This document shows positions 1-10,424 of a stretch of 23,598 bases of DNA, piece by piece. The notes under the pieces were generated by a model. It searched no databases and was not told the origin of the DNA. It worked only from the letters and a program-made list of their open reading frames with translations. Location: assembly GCA_027604505.1 (NCBI GenBank), contig JADIIX010000095.1, positions 62,001 to 85,598 on the forward strand, read 5' to 3'. Source of the stretch: Gonapodya sp. JEL0774 (taxonomy: Eukaryota). Both the position numbers and the translations under genes were made by a program. Position 1 is the stretch's first letter, and each line of letters starts with the position of its first letter.

Positions 1-1
1 A

Positions 2-76
2 CTGCGGGGCGGCAAAGAGATCAAGGACGAGGATATGGAAGATGTAACAGGGCGCATTCAGGCGCTCATGAATTAG
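2..76 (+). CDS. 3' end of an upstream gene (partial, product unknown): ...LRGGKEIKDEDMEDVTGRIQALMN*
   Basis: Open frame from the window edge to TAG at 74-76 with protein-like composition, followed by more AT/GT-rich UTR-like sequence. Too short to identify. Confidence 0.45.
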   Translation: MRGGKEIKDEDMEDVTGRIQALMN

Positions 77-581
77 TACGGTGATCAGTCGAGGTTGAAT
101 TTAGTGTCTCATGTTTATCCCTGGGTGATGAATGAGCCAGTTGGGTGGGAAATTAATGATGTGCGATTAGGATGAAAGGTACATGAGATTGATAGGGTTT
201 TGGTGCCATCCATGCCATGCACCAGTGAATCGAGAATATTACGTTGGTGTGGAAGTGGAGGGTTAAAAGGGAGCACCGCCCCAGACACTCGCACCCTGGA
301 AATTGGGGGGCGGCGGTAATGTGGCGCGGTCATGGCCTTTTGTGAATTCGCTTGTGGCCAGCCCAACTAAGGCCAAACCCTCCGTCTCCCCTCGCCTTCC
401 CGAAACATTCAATCCATTCAAATCTGGACAATTCTTCGACTTCACACATCTTCAATCGGCAAGTGAGATACGATTAATTCTGTGCATCATTCAATCGTTG
501 AAAGTTCACGGAGAAACCGCTTATTTGAAAAAGGTTTCCCCGCTCAACCTCTTTACAATCCAACACCGATAGACCTTCGTC

Positions 582-3500
582 ATGGCTGATGACGCTATCA
601 GAAACCTCGGTGAGGCTCCTGCTCTTCCTCTTCTTAATTACCTTGGAAAGCTCTTACCCTTCCATGAACGATTTCTGTCGTAGAATCTCAAAAGAGATGG
701 CTCAACATGGCCATGGACGACGCTCGGGACTTCAGTGGTATCGAACAGAAAATTCAAAAGTTCAGGGCTACTCTCGACTCATCAATGAGCGTTCTTGCTG
801 GTCATCCCTATGTTGCGTCCGCGCGACAGTATCTGGTTGAACAGGAGGTAATCTCGCTGATTGCGTTTTGCTGATTTCAGATTACGGAAACCGAAACCTC
901 TTCTGCCTCTTTTACTCAAGAATTTATTCATTTTCAAGCAAGCAACCGAGCAAGCAGAAAGGGAAATATCCAAAGCCAAGAATTTGCTCCGGTACGCGGA
1001 GATGTCGATGCCTCAAGTGAGTGAGCAGAGATACTGGTATTGCTTTCGATTGTTAAGCATTACGTTTTTTGCCTAAGCAAATGGATCGTGCCAAGCAACA
1101 AGTACAAGAAGCTATTGCGGTCGCCACTGGGCTCTTGTCCAACCCTCAATACTCTGGCCTTCCTGTGGTGCACGCATTCGCGCCGGCCTTCCTCGCTGGG
1201 CCAGCCAAGGAAATGGACATCAAAGTTAACTCGGCGGCCATCCTTCAAGAGGCTGAAGACAAGATTCGAGTCGCTAAAAACAACTTACGATATGTGCAAG
1301 GACAGCTGGACAGCTCCGTGAGTAGTCCTGGGTCCTCTAAAATCGTGTTCCGTTATTATTCATTCGTGGCTCTATTAGAACGCAGAGGGGGCACAGAGAT
1401 ATCTGAAGGCCGCTCTCGATGCAGCGCAACCCCTTCGTGCTGACCCCAAGTTTCTCATCGTACCGGAAGTTGTCGCTTTCTTGAACGATTTGGCAGTCTC
1501 AGAATCCGAGCTGGGTGCCAAAATCAAACATGTTGGGCTCATTTCAGAGTATCAATCCGCTGTGTACCCTGCGCGGAACCTTGAGCGCCAAATGGGTAAG
1601 TGAACACCATGGAGCCCTCGCGACAATCTCCTGAACTTCTAAACCTGATTCGTTATCAACCGCTTGCAAGAAAATCTCAAAACAATGGACGACGTCACGT
1701 ACATGGGCAAAGATCGTGCCCTAAGCACACTCTCTCAGCTCAAAAAGACCATCGACGATTTCACAGCTCGTTTTGGATCTCTGGACGTCGCTGCACCCAC
1801 CATTCTTTCCATGCGTTCGGCTGCCGAGAAAGCAGAACAGCTACTGGGTGTTGGCCAACGAGCTCCTGAACCACAGGTCGTCGTACGCGCTCCTCCTCCC
1901 CAAGCCAAGCCAGAGCCGCAAATCGTTGTCCCAGCGAGTAGTCAGTCGCGCACGCAGGAGCCGCAGGCGACGCGTGCACCCACTGGACCTCCCATTCAGC
2001 AGCGTAAGTTGTGTGCTTATTGTTTTAAGTTGATGCGACTCTGACTGGGACGGTGCTACATACATTGGTACTTTCTAGTGCCACCTGCGCCGGCGGCCGC
2101 TCCATCGGCGGACATTACCCCTCCTCCAATGGGTCTTTCTGTAGAGAAAGCACAGTCTCTCGTTGAGGCTTCCCGCTCTGAGATTCGATGGGCAAAGTAT
2201 TATGCGAACGAGAACGACTCTAACCGACTGGTGGAGAGGCTCGGCAAGGCGAAAACGATTCTGGCGCCTCTTCTTGCCGAGTCCGCGTCTCCATCTGACT
2301 GGGAGAGAGATAGAACCATTGTCGAGTTTGTGACTACTTTCCGCCAGGACAGCGTGGAACTTGAGGCTAAAGCGGCCGAACTCACTTTCGCGTCCGAGTT
2401 CGACGACGATTCTCGAAAAATTGGCAGACTCATTTCTAATTTACAAAATTACACAGATGCCTACCATTTGGATCGGAGCGGATCCGGCACCGCACTCAAA
2501 TACGTGGATGATCTCTTGAAGTACGTCGAGAACATCAAGAAAAAGTTTGGTACTCAGAGATTGCAAGTTCAGGAGGAATTAAAACGTGCGACGGATGCTA
2601 TCGAGGAAGGCTACAGAAAAGTTGAGGCGTATGAAAAGAACATTTCCGACACCCGTGAGTGTTCCCTCCGAAATAGTTGCTGTGGAATGAACACCGTCTC
2701 AATTAACGAGTAATTCCTATTAGAACGCAACAAACGAACCCGCTTGCTTCCCAAGTTTGAGGAATATTATTCATCTTTGGATGCTCCAGTTCGTGACGCT
2801 CTGTCTTCCCATCAATGTACGGTCTCGGTTGGGCATGGGAAAGCTGTAGCACAGCCATACGTGCTTTGTAACAGCTCTGGATGTCACGACTTTGTTCTTT
2901 GCGGTGCTTGTTACGAAAAGTGCCACCGGGATGGCACCTTCAAGTCCCACCCGGCAGAGTTTGTCTTCCGTGTGGAGTTCGGTGACGCTGCTTGCGATTG
3001 CGGACAAAGCTCAAGGGTGAGTTACGTTACGGACTCCTCATCTCTACTCCATTTCAAGTTTGTTCACACTGACTATGTTTTGCAGTGCCACGCGCAAAGC
3101 AACGTTTCACCCAAATCTTGGCCCGCACCGCCCCCGGGAACAGACGCAGACGTTTCTGACATTCCTGCATCCCAGGACCGAAACATTGTAGTTGCCGTTC
3201 AACCTGCGGTCGACAAACCGGCTGAGCTCTACGATGTTTCGAGCGTCAGGATGCCGTACGGCACACGTATGGTCCTCATCGGACTAAACCACATCGCCAA
3301 CGAATTTAACAAGGCAGGTTCTTGCCCACTGCACTGCCATGTTGACGTACATCTGACACGGAACGCCAACCATGTATTTCATTAGAGTTTCAACGAGGGC
3401 CACACTTTAATCTTGACGACTTCTCAGGCGACGGGGTCCGTCTCGTACTATTCAGTGAACTCTGCGATTTCTAGTTGCATTTCAAAGTTGGAGCACGAAG

Positions 3501-5018
3501 CATCCTTGTTCAGAAACGTCAATGAAGGTAAATTTGATTTCTCAATTTCCTTCTGCAGGAACCTCGCTGAAAAGATTGTTCGTTGCAGTGCTTGAAGAAT
3601 ATCCAAACCCCATCTTAGCCGGCATCGCGAAAGATTTGCAGACGCGCCTCAAATCTCTTGCGATCAACAAGAAGGTCCGCTGGCCTAAGATCGTAGCCGA
3701 TATGGAGAATAACGAGAAAGTGAAGGAGACACTCACCCAGATGAATCGCTACATCGACAATGCGAATGCGGAGACAAACTTGGGCAGGAAGAGAGATGCC
3801 TACAAGGAATTGATTCAGTATGGCCAAATTCGCGTCGACAACGGTGACGATGTGGATTCAGTCACAACTCTATTGGCGGAAGGCCGGAAGCTGTTCCGAG
3901 AAACGACCGAGGCGTACATTCACGAACTTTCCGGAGCCATGTTTTCCCCCGATTGGAATTACATGAATAATTTGGCTGCCGAGATCGAGACCCTCGGTCA
4001 AGATCAAGAACACGCCTCGAGATTGCGGGAATGGATCACCAAAGCCAAAGTGGACAGAGAGCAGAAAGAGGCTGACAAGAAGGAAGAGGATGCGAAGAGA
4101 ATGGCCGAGTACGCAGAGATCAAGAAGAAAGAGGCCGAGGAGCTGCAAAAGAAGCTCAAGGCTATCTACCTTGATCCGTACACTGGTGGGAGGGTGACTG
4201 TAGCCGGAGAGACATGGGAGTACTACTCCAACGGTAAGTGATCTGCGCAAAGGTGCTAGTTTCTAGCTTGTTATCAGTTTTTGGACTGAAAATACTGTTC
4301 ATGCCCTGCACACGTTTTCAGGAACATTAAAGGGACCCCGTTGTGAAATTCGCTTCACTGGCTCCGAGATCCTCCCTGTCTCTGGTCTCCCCAATAGCGG
4401 CTTCTGGAATGGAGAGCGGTTTTCATACTATTGCAACTGGAAGACGATTGTTACTCACAGCTGGAACGATTCCAACAGAACTTTCTCACCAACATTCACC
4501 GAGGCGCTGCTGCCAGTGACGTGGAGATGGGACGGAGAGGAGCTGATTCCTACAGACGAGATACACCGGAAGATGATCGCAAATGTGAAAGGATCTGTTC
4601 CCTTGCCGGTCGTTTTGTTCGCCAGCATGTTTGGTTGGCTCCAAGGTGAGGTCCACTTCGGATGGTCATCCGTCACAGAGGTTCAAAATTCAATGACCTC
4701 TTTTGATCACGCCACACGCCAGACATCCTCCCCCGCATTAACGGCGAACGACTCTGTCGCTCAACACTCTGGGACAATGACGCCGCCCGCCACCGTCACG
4801 GCAAAATATGCCGCAACTGCCGTGCCCACGGTACATCACACACATGTCCGATCTGCGTTGCCAAGATCTACTTCCCGCGCGTTCCAGCAAAGACGTGTGG
4901 TAGTGGATCGTGTCCGGATAGGTGTGTGAGGTGCCAAGGTTTGAGTGATTTGGTGCCGGCGTACTTGTGCGATGACTGCGGGAGGAACTTCGGAAAGAAC
5001 TGTGTGTATTGGAGATGA
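582..5018 (+). CDS. About 1187-aa multidomain protein: helical repeats, Pro-rich linker, UBR-box-like Zn finger, charged helix, Trp/Gly beta-rich segment, C-terminal PHF5A/Rds3-like Zn knot
   Basis: Hand-spliced 13 exons with consistent phases and no internal stop: 582-609, 684-847, 939-1016, 1078-1317, 1379-1595, 1671-2003, 2079-2654, 2724-3016, 3086-3313, 3386-3527, 3589-4233, 4322-4645, 4723-5018 (sum 3564 nt). Donors are gtgag/gtaag/gtaat/gtaaa type, plus one probable GC donor at 3314. Starts MADDAIRNLESQKRW and ends NCVYWR*. Confidence 0.85.
2816..3088 (+). other. UBR-box-like zinc finger domain within the 582-5018 gene
   Basis: CTVSVGHGKAVAQPYVLCNSSGCHDFVLCGACYEKCH...H...AACDCGQSSR|C matches the UBR-box pattern C..Q-x-x-Y-x-C..C..C-x2-C-x3-CH..H..CDCG..C seen in UBR4/UBR7/FBXO11-type boxes. 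Confidence 0.75.
4755..5015 (+). other. PHF5A/Rds3-like 12-Cys zinc-knot domain (last exon of the 582-5018 gene)
   Basis: LCRSTLWDNDAARHRHGKICRNCRAHGTSHTCPICVAKIYFPRVPAKTCGSGSCPDRCVRCQGLSDLVPAYLCDDCGRNFGKNCVYWR has 1+2+2+2+2+2+1 Cys, with G(R/K)xC, RCVxC and AYxC motifs as in PHF5A. Confidence 0.7.
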
Positions 5019-6147
5019 TTCAAGCGATCTAGAATGAAGCACCGATGACTCTGGCAGAATATCGGAGAAGCTTTGCATTTTTCAGGGAACAAACGAGCAA
5101 ATTTGAAGAAGCAGGGACTGGGTGTCGTGTGTAGCAAGCTTTTGAAGAATAATATAAGACATATCTAAGATCTTCAAAGTCGGTGTTTCTTGGATGGTTG
5201 AAAGAGTGCAAATGAAGGAAGGTTAGTCCTGAGGACCAGTGCGAACGAACGGGGGAGGGGGGGAAGGTTCCACGGAGAGGAACCAAAAATAATTCAAGGA
5301 AACAATGTCCTTACATATAATCAATTATGAACGGGAATATTACATGTGATATGTGTGCTACGGTGTAAAGAAATTGCCAGGGCATCCGGGATTACCTCGC
5401 AGGGAATCTCTGTTTTTCCGCGAAGACGCGCTTCATATGTGAAGTTTGAGAGGAGGAAAGTGTACACGTGACAGCAATCGGAATATGCAAAATATTGAAG
5501 GAAGTAGCGATTGATGGTGCGCGGAACTCACGACGGGAAGGAAGAGAAATCAAGTCGGCGAAGTTTTTTTTTTCAGGGTCAAAGAGGAATTTCGGAACCC
5601 TCACCGACGAGAGAACAGTTTCTCTCTTTGTCAAATCCAGTGTGGTTGCTTTGAAAAATGAAATTTAATTCTACTCGTAGAAAGAAGTGATTCCGCGAAA
5701 CTTGAGTTTGTGGCGTTTGCTATACGTAAGGAGTTGGTTGGACGAGAAAACAAGAGCACACCGAACGCTCGGAGAGGTCCGAGATCGTGTTTCATAACAT
5801 AGAAATAGTCCGACGATTTTAATAAAAATCTTGCAGTGTACCGGTGTCTAAAAAGTACTTTGAACACAAGTATCCAGTGAGAATGAGGCCTACCAGCCAT
5901 TCTTGACCCCATTGAAACAGCACCAGCGTCTCAGCTGGACTTATCTGTCTTGGTGGTCGTCTCGAAGAGCGCTGTGGCGTCGGTGCATTTTGCTTGAGGC
6001 GGTGTGTGTTGGTGGGAGAGTTTGAGTGAGGATCCAATTAAACCCCCGTCACCACATCACGTGGCGTTTGAACTCGGGAAACTCCGGAACCATTTGATGC
6101 AGTTGCACGTCGAAAATCCACTCAACAGCAGTTTCGGGCGCCCGCCG

Positions 6148-8540
6148 ATGGCTTTCGAAGGCGATGGAATGCGCGTAGCAGGGACTTTTGGACTGATGGG
6201 TGGGGAGAGCCTCAACGATCCGGCTCGCTCGACGGGTTCGGGCTCATTGCAGCGTCGGCGAGCAGCGCCCGCGCCGCTCATAACAAGTGGACACGTTACT
6301 GGGCAGAGCGCGGAATTTTTCCGCGGGAACCAGAACTCGGGGGAGGAGTCTGCGGCCCGAGGCGAGAGGAGCAGGGGTGAGAGTATGGTCGACAGAGGGC
6401 ACGGTGGACGCGAGCCGAACAATGGGAACGCAGGAAATGTTGGAAACGGGAGCGATCCGTACAGCTTGAGCGCGAACTCGAGTACGCTCCACTCGCAGCG
6501 ATACACGGGAGACGCTTTGAGAAATCAACACCAGCAAACCCCAAACTATCAAGGAATGGCTGCGCTGTCGGAGAACGGAAGTCCTCTCCCATATGCTGCT
6601 CATTCCGCGGAGCCCATCAATCAGCACTCCCCGTCAGCCTCTTCGCTGGCTTCCCTGCCAACACCTCTCACAGCACCAGCGATTTCTCCCCATGGTTTGC
6701 CCTTCTCATATGGAACTAGCACAGATCCGCAACCCATTCAACAACGCGCCCACTCTGGCTACCCATCATCTTCATCATCTTCGGTCAGTGTTATTCAAGG
6801 CCAAGGACCACCTTTGCTCTGTCTTACCTTTGAAAACCACCCTCAACTTGACACCCCCGTGTCTGCGAATCCACAGCGAATGAGCGATCTACAGCCCCAC
6901 CACCCCATGGAAGACATTACGACCTCTCAGGATCTTCTTAGATTGCAGATGCTTCAAAACGCTCACTATGGACAAGGGCCAAAGGTACCGGGTGTTGGAC
7001 TCGGAGCTGCTGATATGTGGAACAATGGCACTGGTATTCCTGGAGCTCACATCAACCAGTTTGGGAGAACGGAAGGTGTTGGTGCTACGAAAATCTCAAA
7101 TGACATGAATGACCCACCAACCCCTCAGTGGGGTCCAACTTCGTTCCCTGGAAGGAACGGAACCTCGACGGGGCCGACCACCTCAAGCCCCCATCGCACT
7201 GCTGGGCAGGGCGAAGCCACTACCACTGCAACTGGCTCAGGTACTCCCAACCCTCCCCCTAACAACCTCGGCGGAGGAGCCACCTTCACTCAATCGTATA
7301 GTGGAACTCCATTTCCTTCCGGGGGTTTCAACCCAGCCGCTGCAATTACGAATTCACAGCAAGCTCCAACCACACACTCCCCCTCCCGACCTCACCCTTC
7401 TGACTGGGACCCAACTCCCCCCGTTAAACGTCAGCGCTCAACTCCTACATACACTTCCTACTCTCAAATGCCTTCTTCGCACCACCGTCCGTCTTACGCT
7501 CCCTCGCCAGCCCCTGTTACTGCGCTTGCAGCTAGGCTGGAGCCCTATGTGGGCGTTTGGGCGTTTGATGTGAGTCGGTCCGACAGGGTAGAGGATGTTA
7601 TGGTCGCGATGGGGTTTCCTTGGATGAGACGGTCGATTTTGGCGAGAATGAGGGTGAAGATATGGAATGGAGATGTGAGTGAACGGTGGGGGTTGTGGAC
7701 GACGTTTTTGGGGCTTCCCATATTGACCGGAAACCCTTGGGCACCGCGGTCACATCAGCTTGATGGCACTGCTACAATTCTGGTTCAGACTCTTATTGGT
7801 ACGTACTTACATGTGGGACTGGGGGAATGGTTTCGTGGCCACGTTGGCTTGAGGAAGGAAGAGGAACGGTTGTCCACAGCCCAGTTCACCTCTGGATGAT
7901 CGCCAAATGAATCAGCGTGGCCACCTTGGCATGAAGAAGGAAGTAGAGCCGATTAGCACGGGTTGCCCACAGACCTACGTCACCACTGGATGATCGCCAA
8001 ATGAATCGGACGGGGGACCGTGGAAGGTCACGTCAGTGGCGAAATTGCCCCGACTCATCACCTTTCAGACCAGGCCCGATCAAATTCTCGAACACCGAGA
8101 GCATCCAAAGGACCTTACTGTCGCGGTGCTCTTAGTGCATCTATGTCTGTCCGTCCTGCGTTAGTCCTCTGGCACATTTTGTCGTGGTGCTGATCATGAT
8201 ATCCCTCTGTCACCATCCAATTCTCCCAGACACACATCCTCTCGACACTACCACCCATATCCTCGACGGCATACCTCGCCTTAACCCTCGCCTCCCCTCA
8301 CTCACCTCGCGATCATTTCTCGATCCTGCCACGAACTGTGTCATGGTTGAGTCCAGAAACACCGCGACGGGGCGCCAGTATGAGTGTCGGGCAGAGTGGG
8401 CCTTGTCCAGACTGGTACAGGGAACGGGTCAGGGAATAGGACAGCAAGGAGTGGCGATGGAACGAAGGATAACTGTAAGCGGTGGGGCAGGAGACGGTGG
8501 CCTGCGACAATATAGGGTTGGATATGCAAAGATTGGTTAA
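6148..8540 (+). CDS. About 625-aa protein: long Ser/Pro/Gly/Gln-rich disordered region plus C-terminal FABP/lipocalin (calycin)-like domain
   Basis: ATG in ccgccgATGG context at 6148 (an in-frame ATG at 6097 is an alternative). Exons 6148-7674, 7759-7798 and 8230-8540 join in frame (WNGD|LDGTATILVQTLI D THPLDTTTHILDG...YAKIG*). YVGVWAFDVSRSDRVEDVMVAMGFPWMRR resembles the FABP N-terminal G-x-W...S(D/E)xxxDxMxAxG signature. Confidence 0.75.
7834..8009. repeat. Diverged tandem duplication (about 82 and 94 bp units) inside intron 2 of the FABP-like gene
   Basis: cgtggccacgttggcttgaggaaggaag...tcacctctggatgatcgccaaatgaatc (7834-7915) versus cgtggccaccttggcatgaagaaggaag...tcaccactggatgatcgccaaatgaatc (7916-8009). 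Confidence 0.8.
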
Positions 8541-9496
8541 GCGGTTACGGTTGGAGACGAGTGAGTCTTACAACAGACAAGGACAATAGAGTGACTTCGC
8601 ATGGACATGGAGTGGACGAGAAACGGGGACGAGTGTGGCAGTTTTCGACATTCATGATTGAAGTGGTGTAGGTGCTTGTGGCCACTGCACTTGGCGATAT
8701 GACGACAACAGCTATTTCACTGACCGGCGCACAATACACTGTCACGGACACCCAAATCACAAACCACGGACGGACTCTTTTTCTACGTACTTCGTCTGCT
8801 CTGCTCTGCATCATTACCCCGCACTGTCATGGGAATCGGCAGAACAAACGGTTCCGTCTATATATCCACACACTTGTGTATGTCTTTATTTCGAGATTGG
8901 AGAACAAGAAGCGTGTTTTGCGAGGTGTTCTTGTATCATTCTGTAGGAAGTTCAAAAAATTACAATAAGCAAATAGAGAGTTATTCATTTTTCACGTGTC
9001 CGGCAGATATGTACTTTCTTCGCGTGTCCCGTACATATCTTGTTCATGGAACCCTTGTTTCCGGATCGCTTGTGTCTCGGCGCTGGAAACATATTTAGAG
9101 CTCTTCTGTCCCAGTAACAATATAATTATTGATATTGCGCTACCCACGGGGAGAGACGCAATGCCAGAATCAGACTTGAGAAGGTGTATTCATATTAACT
9201 AGAAGAGAATTTCCGATTCCGAACACAACAAGCTCAACTTCCGGGAATCTTCTTCTTCATCCACGATCGTTTTGTCTCACACATACGCGTCTGCCGGATA
9301 GAGCAGTCTGGACAGCGCGGGGTTCCCAGAGACTGTGGCTAAGCCACACTCCCACAGCAAACAAGCTATACAAATTAGTTGGAAGAGACTAAAGACATCA
9401 CATCCCTCATGATGCATTTCTAAAGGCCGACGCAACAAAAAGTCCTCGTTTTGCTTTCTTCCTCCTTCCTCGTTCACAACCATGCCTTGCTAAACC

Positions 9497-10347
9497 CTAC
9501 TCGTCAGCAAGAGGGGGAGGTGGTGGAGCCGGATCCTCGGAGATAATCGACGGGATACACTTCCCGGAGCTCGGGTATTTGTAGTCACACATGTACGGCT
9601 TGACGCAGTAACTGCCGAACCGATCACAACACTCGGCGTTTGGGACGTCAATGATGCGGGGATTGGGTTCTCCGTTGGACTGCCAGTTGCACTGAGATGG
9701 AGAAGCTGCACGATCAATGTCCTAGACTATCTTGTCAGGTGTAACTTACGCAGGTCTTTGTTCCATTGTATTGATCCATGCAGTCACGACCACAAGGGGA
9801 TTTGCATTTGACTGTGCCACGAGTTAAAGGTGACACGCCAAACAACACCCCAAGCAGATGAACATATCAAAAAGGGTAATCCCATTTAGTTTCCTTCACT
9901 GATTTCCACAGCGGCTTCGCCGGCCTACCTGGCACACATGCGTTTGTTACTGGGTCGCATTTCGCAAAGTCAGGCGCAGTCCACGGACAGCACTTGTCAC
10001 CACAACATACTTCGCCAACGGCCCAAAATACCGAGTTATGGCATCTGAGGGACATTGTGGCGTTGCACTGAAGGAAGGTGATAATGGGGTGCGGTGAGGA
10101 AGCGGAGGTAGTGGAAACCGGAAAAGTGTTGTTCGGGCTATGGAAACACACAACTTACACAAGGACCCCACGGATCATCGTAGCAACTTGTCCCACAACA
10201 GTTGTCCCGCGGTCTTACTCTGCGGGAACCGATTGGATTCGTGATCGAGGTCGGCATCGCCGAAGACGGAGAGGGGAGCACCCCGAGGACAAGGGCGAGA
10301 ACCCAGACGAGAAGGACAGACGCAGCTGATGAGCGCGGTAAGTGCAT
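9497..10347 (-). CDS. Secreted cysteine-rich prepro-protein A (194 aa, 22 Cys in two granulin-like modules)
   Basis: Exons 10347-10159, 10067-9929, 9811-9750 and 9691-9497, all GT-AG and in frame: MHLPRSSAASVLLVWVLALVLGVLPSPSSA-MPTSITNPIGSRRVRPR-DNCCGTSCYDDPWGPC|CNATMSLRCHNSVFWAVGEVCCGDKCCPWTAPDFAKCDPVTNACVP V KCKSPCGRDCMDQYNGTKTC|CNWQSNGEPNPRIIDVPNAECCDRFGSYCVKPYMCDYKYPSSGKCIPSIISEDPAPPPPPLADE*. Exon 2-4 lengths (139/62/195 nt) are identical in paralog B. Confidence 0.88.
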
Positions 10348-10411
10348 GAGCAGGTATGGAGCCCACGGCAAGGTGAATGGAAAATGTGTGAAGTGATAAG
10401 TTCTTGGGCGA

Positions 10412-10424
10412 CACCGCCACGGAC
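10412..10424. promoter_or_regulatory. Candidate shared cis-element CACCGCCACGGAC upstream of Cys-rich gene A
   Basis: An identical 13-mer occurs at 12394-12406 upstream of paralog B, in otherwise diverged flanks. Confidence 0.35.

Noticed and set aside
4646..4929. ORF-track continuation GEVHFGWSS...RVRIGV
   Set aside because: It reads through intron 4646-4722. The spliced frame gives the Cys-rich PHF5-like exon instead.
6057..6627. Minus-strand ORFs of 98-149 aa
   Set aside because: Antisense shadows of the GC-rich first exon of the FABP-like gene, with no recognisable motifs.
8545..9483. Several 68-98 aa ORFs between the convergent FABP-like gene and gene A
   Set aside because: No motifs and no consistent splice structure. 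Most likely 3' UTRs and intergenic DNA.
9490..9717. ORF-track peptides MIVQLLHLSATGSPTENP... (and the twin at 11126-11392, plus + strand 11085-11486)
   Set aside because: Wrong frame or strand. The real exon 4 is the Cys-rich frame reached by splicing, and these ORFs are similar only because the DNA is duplicated.
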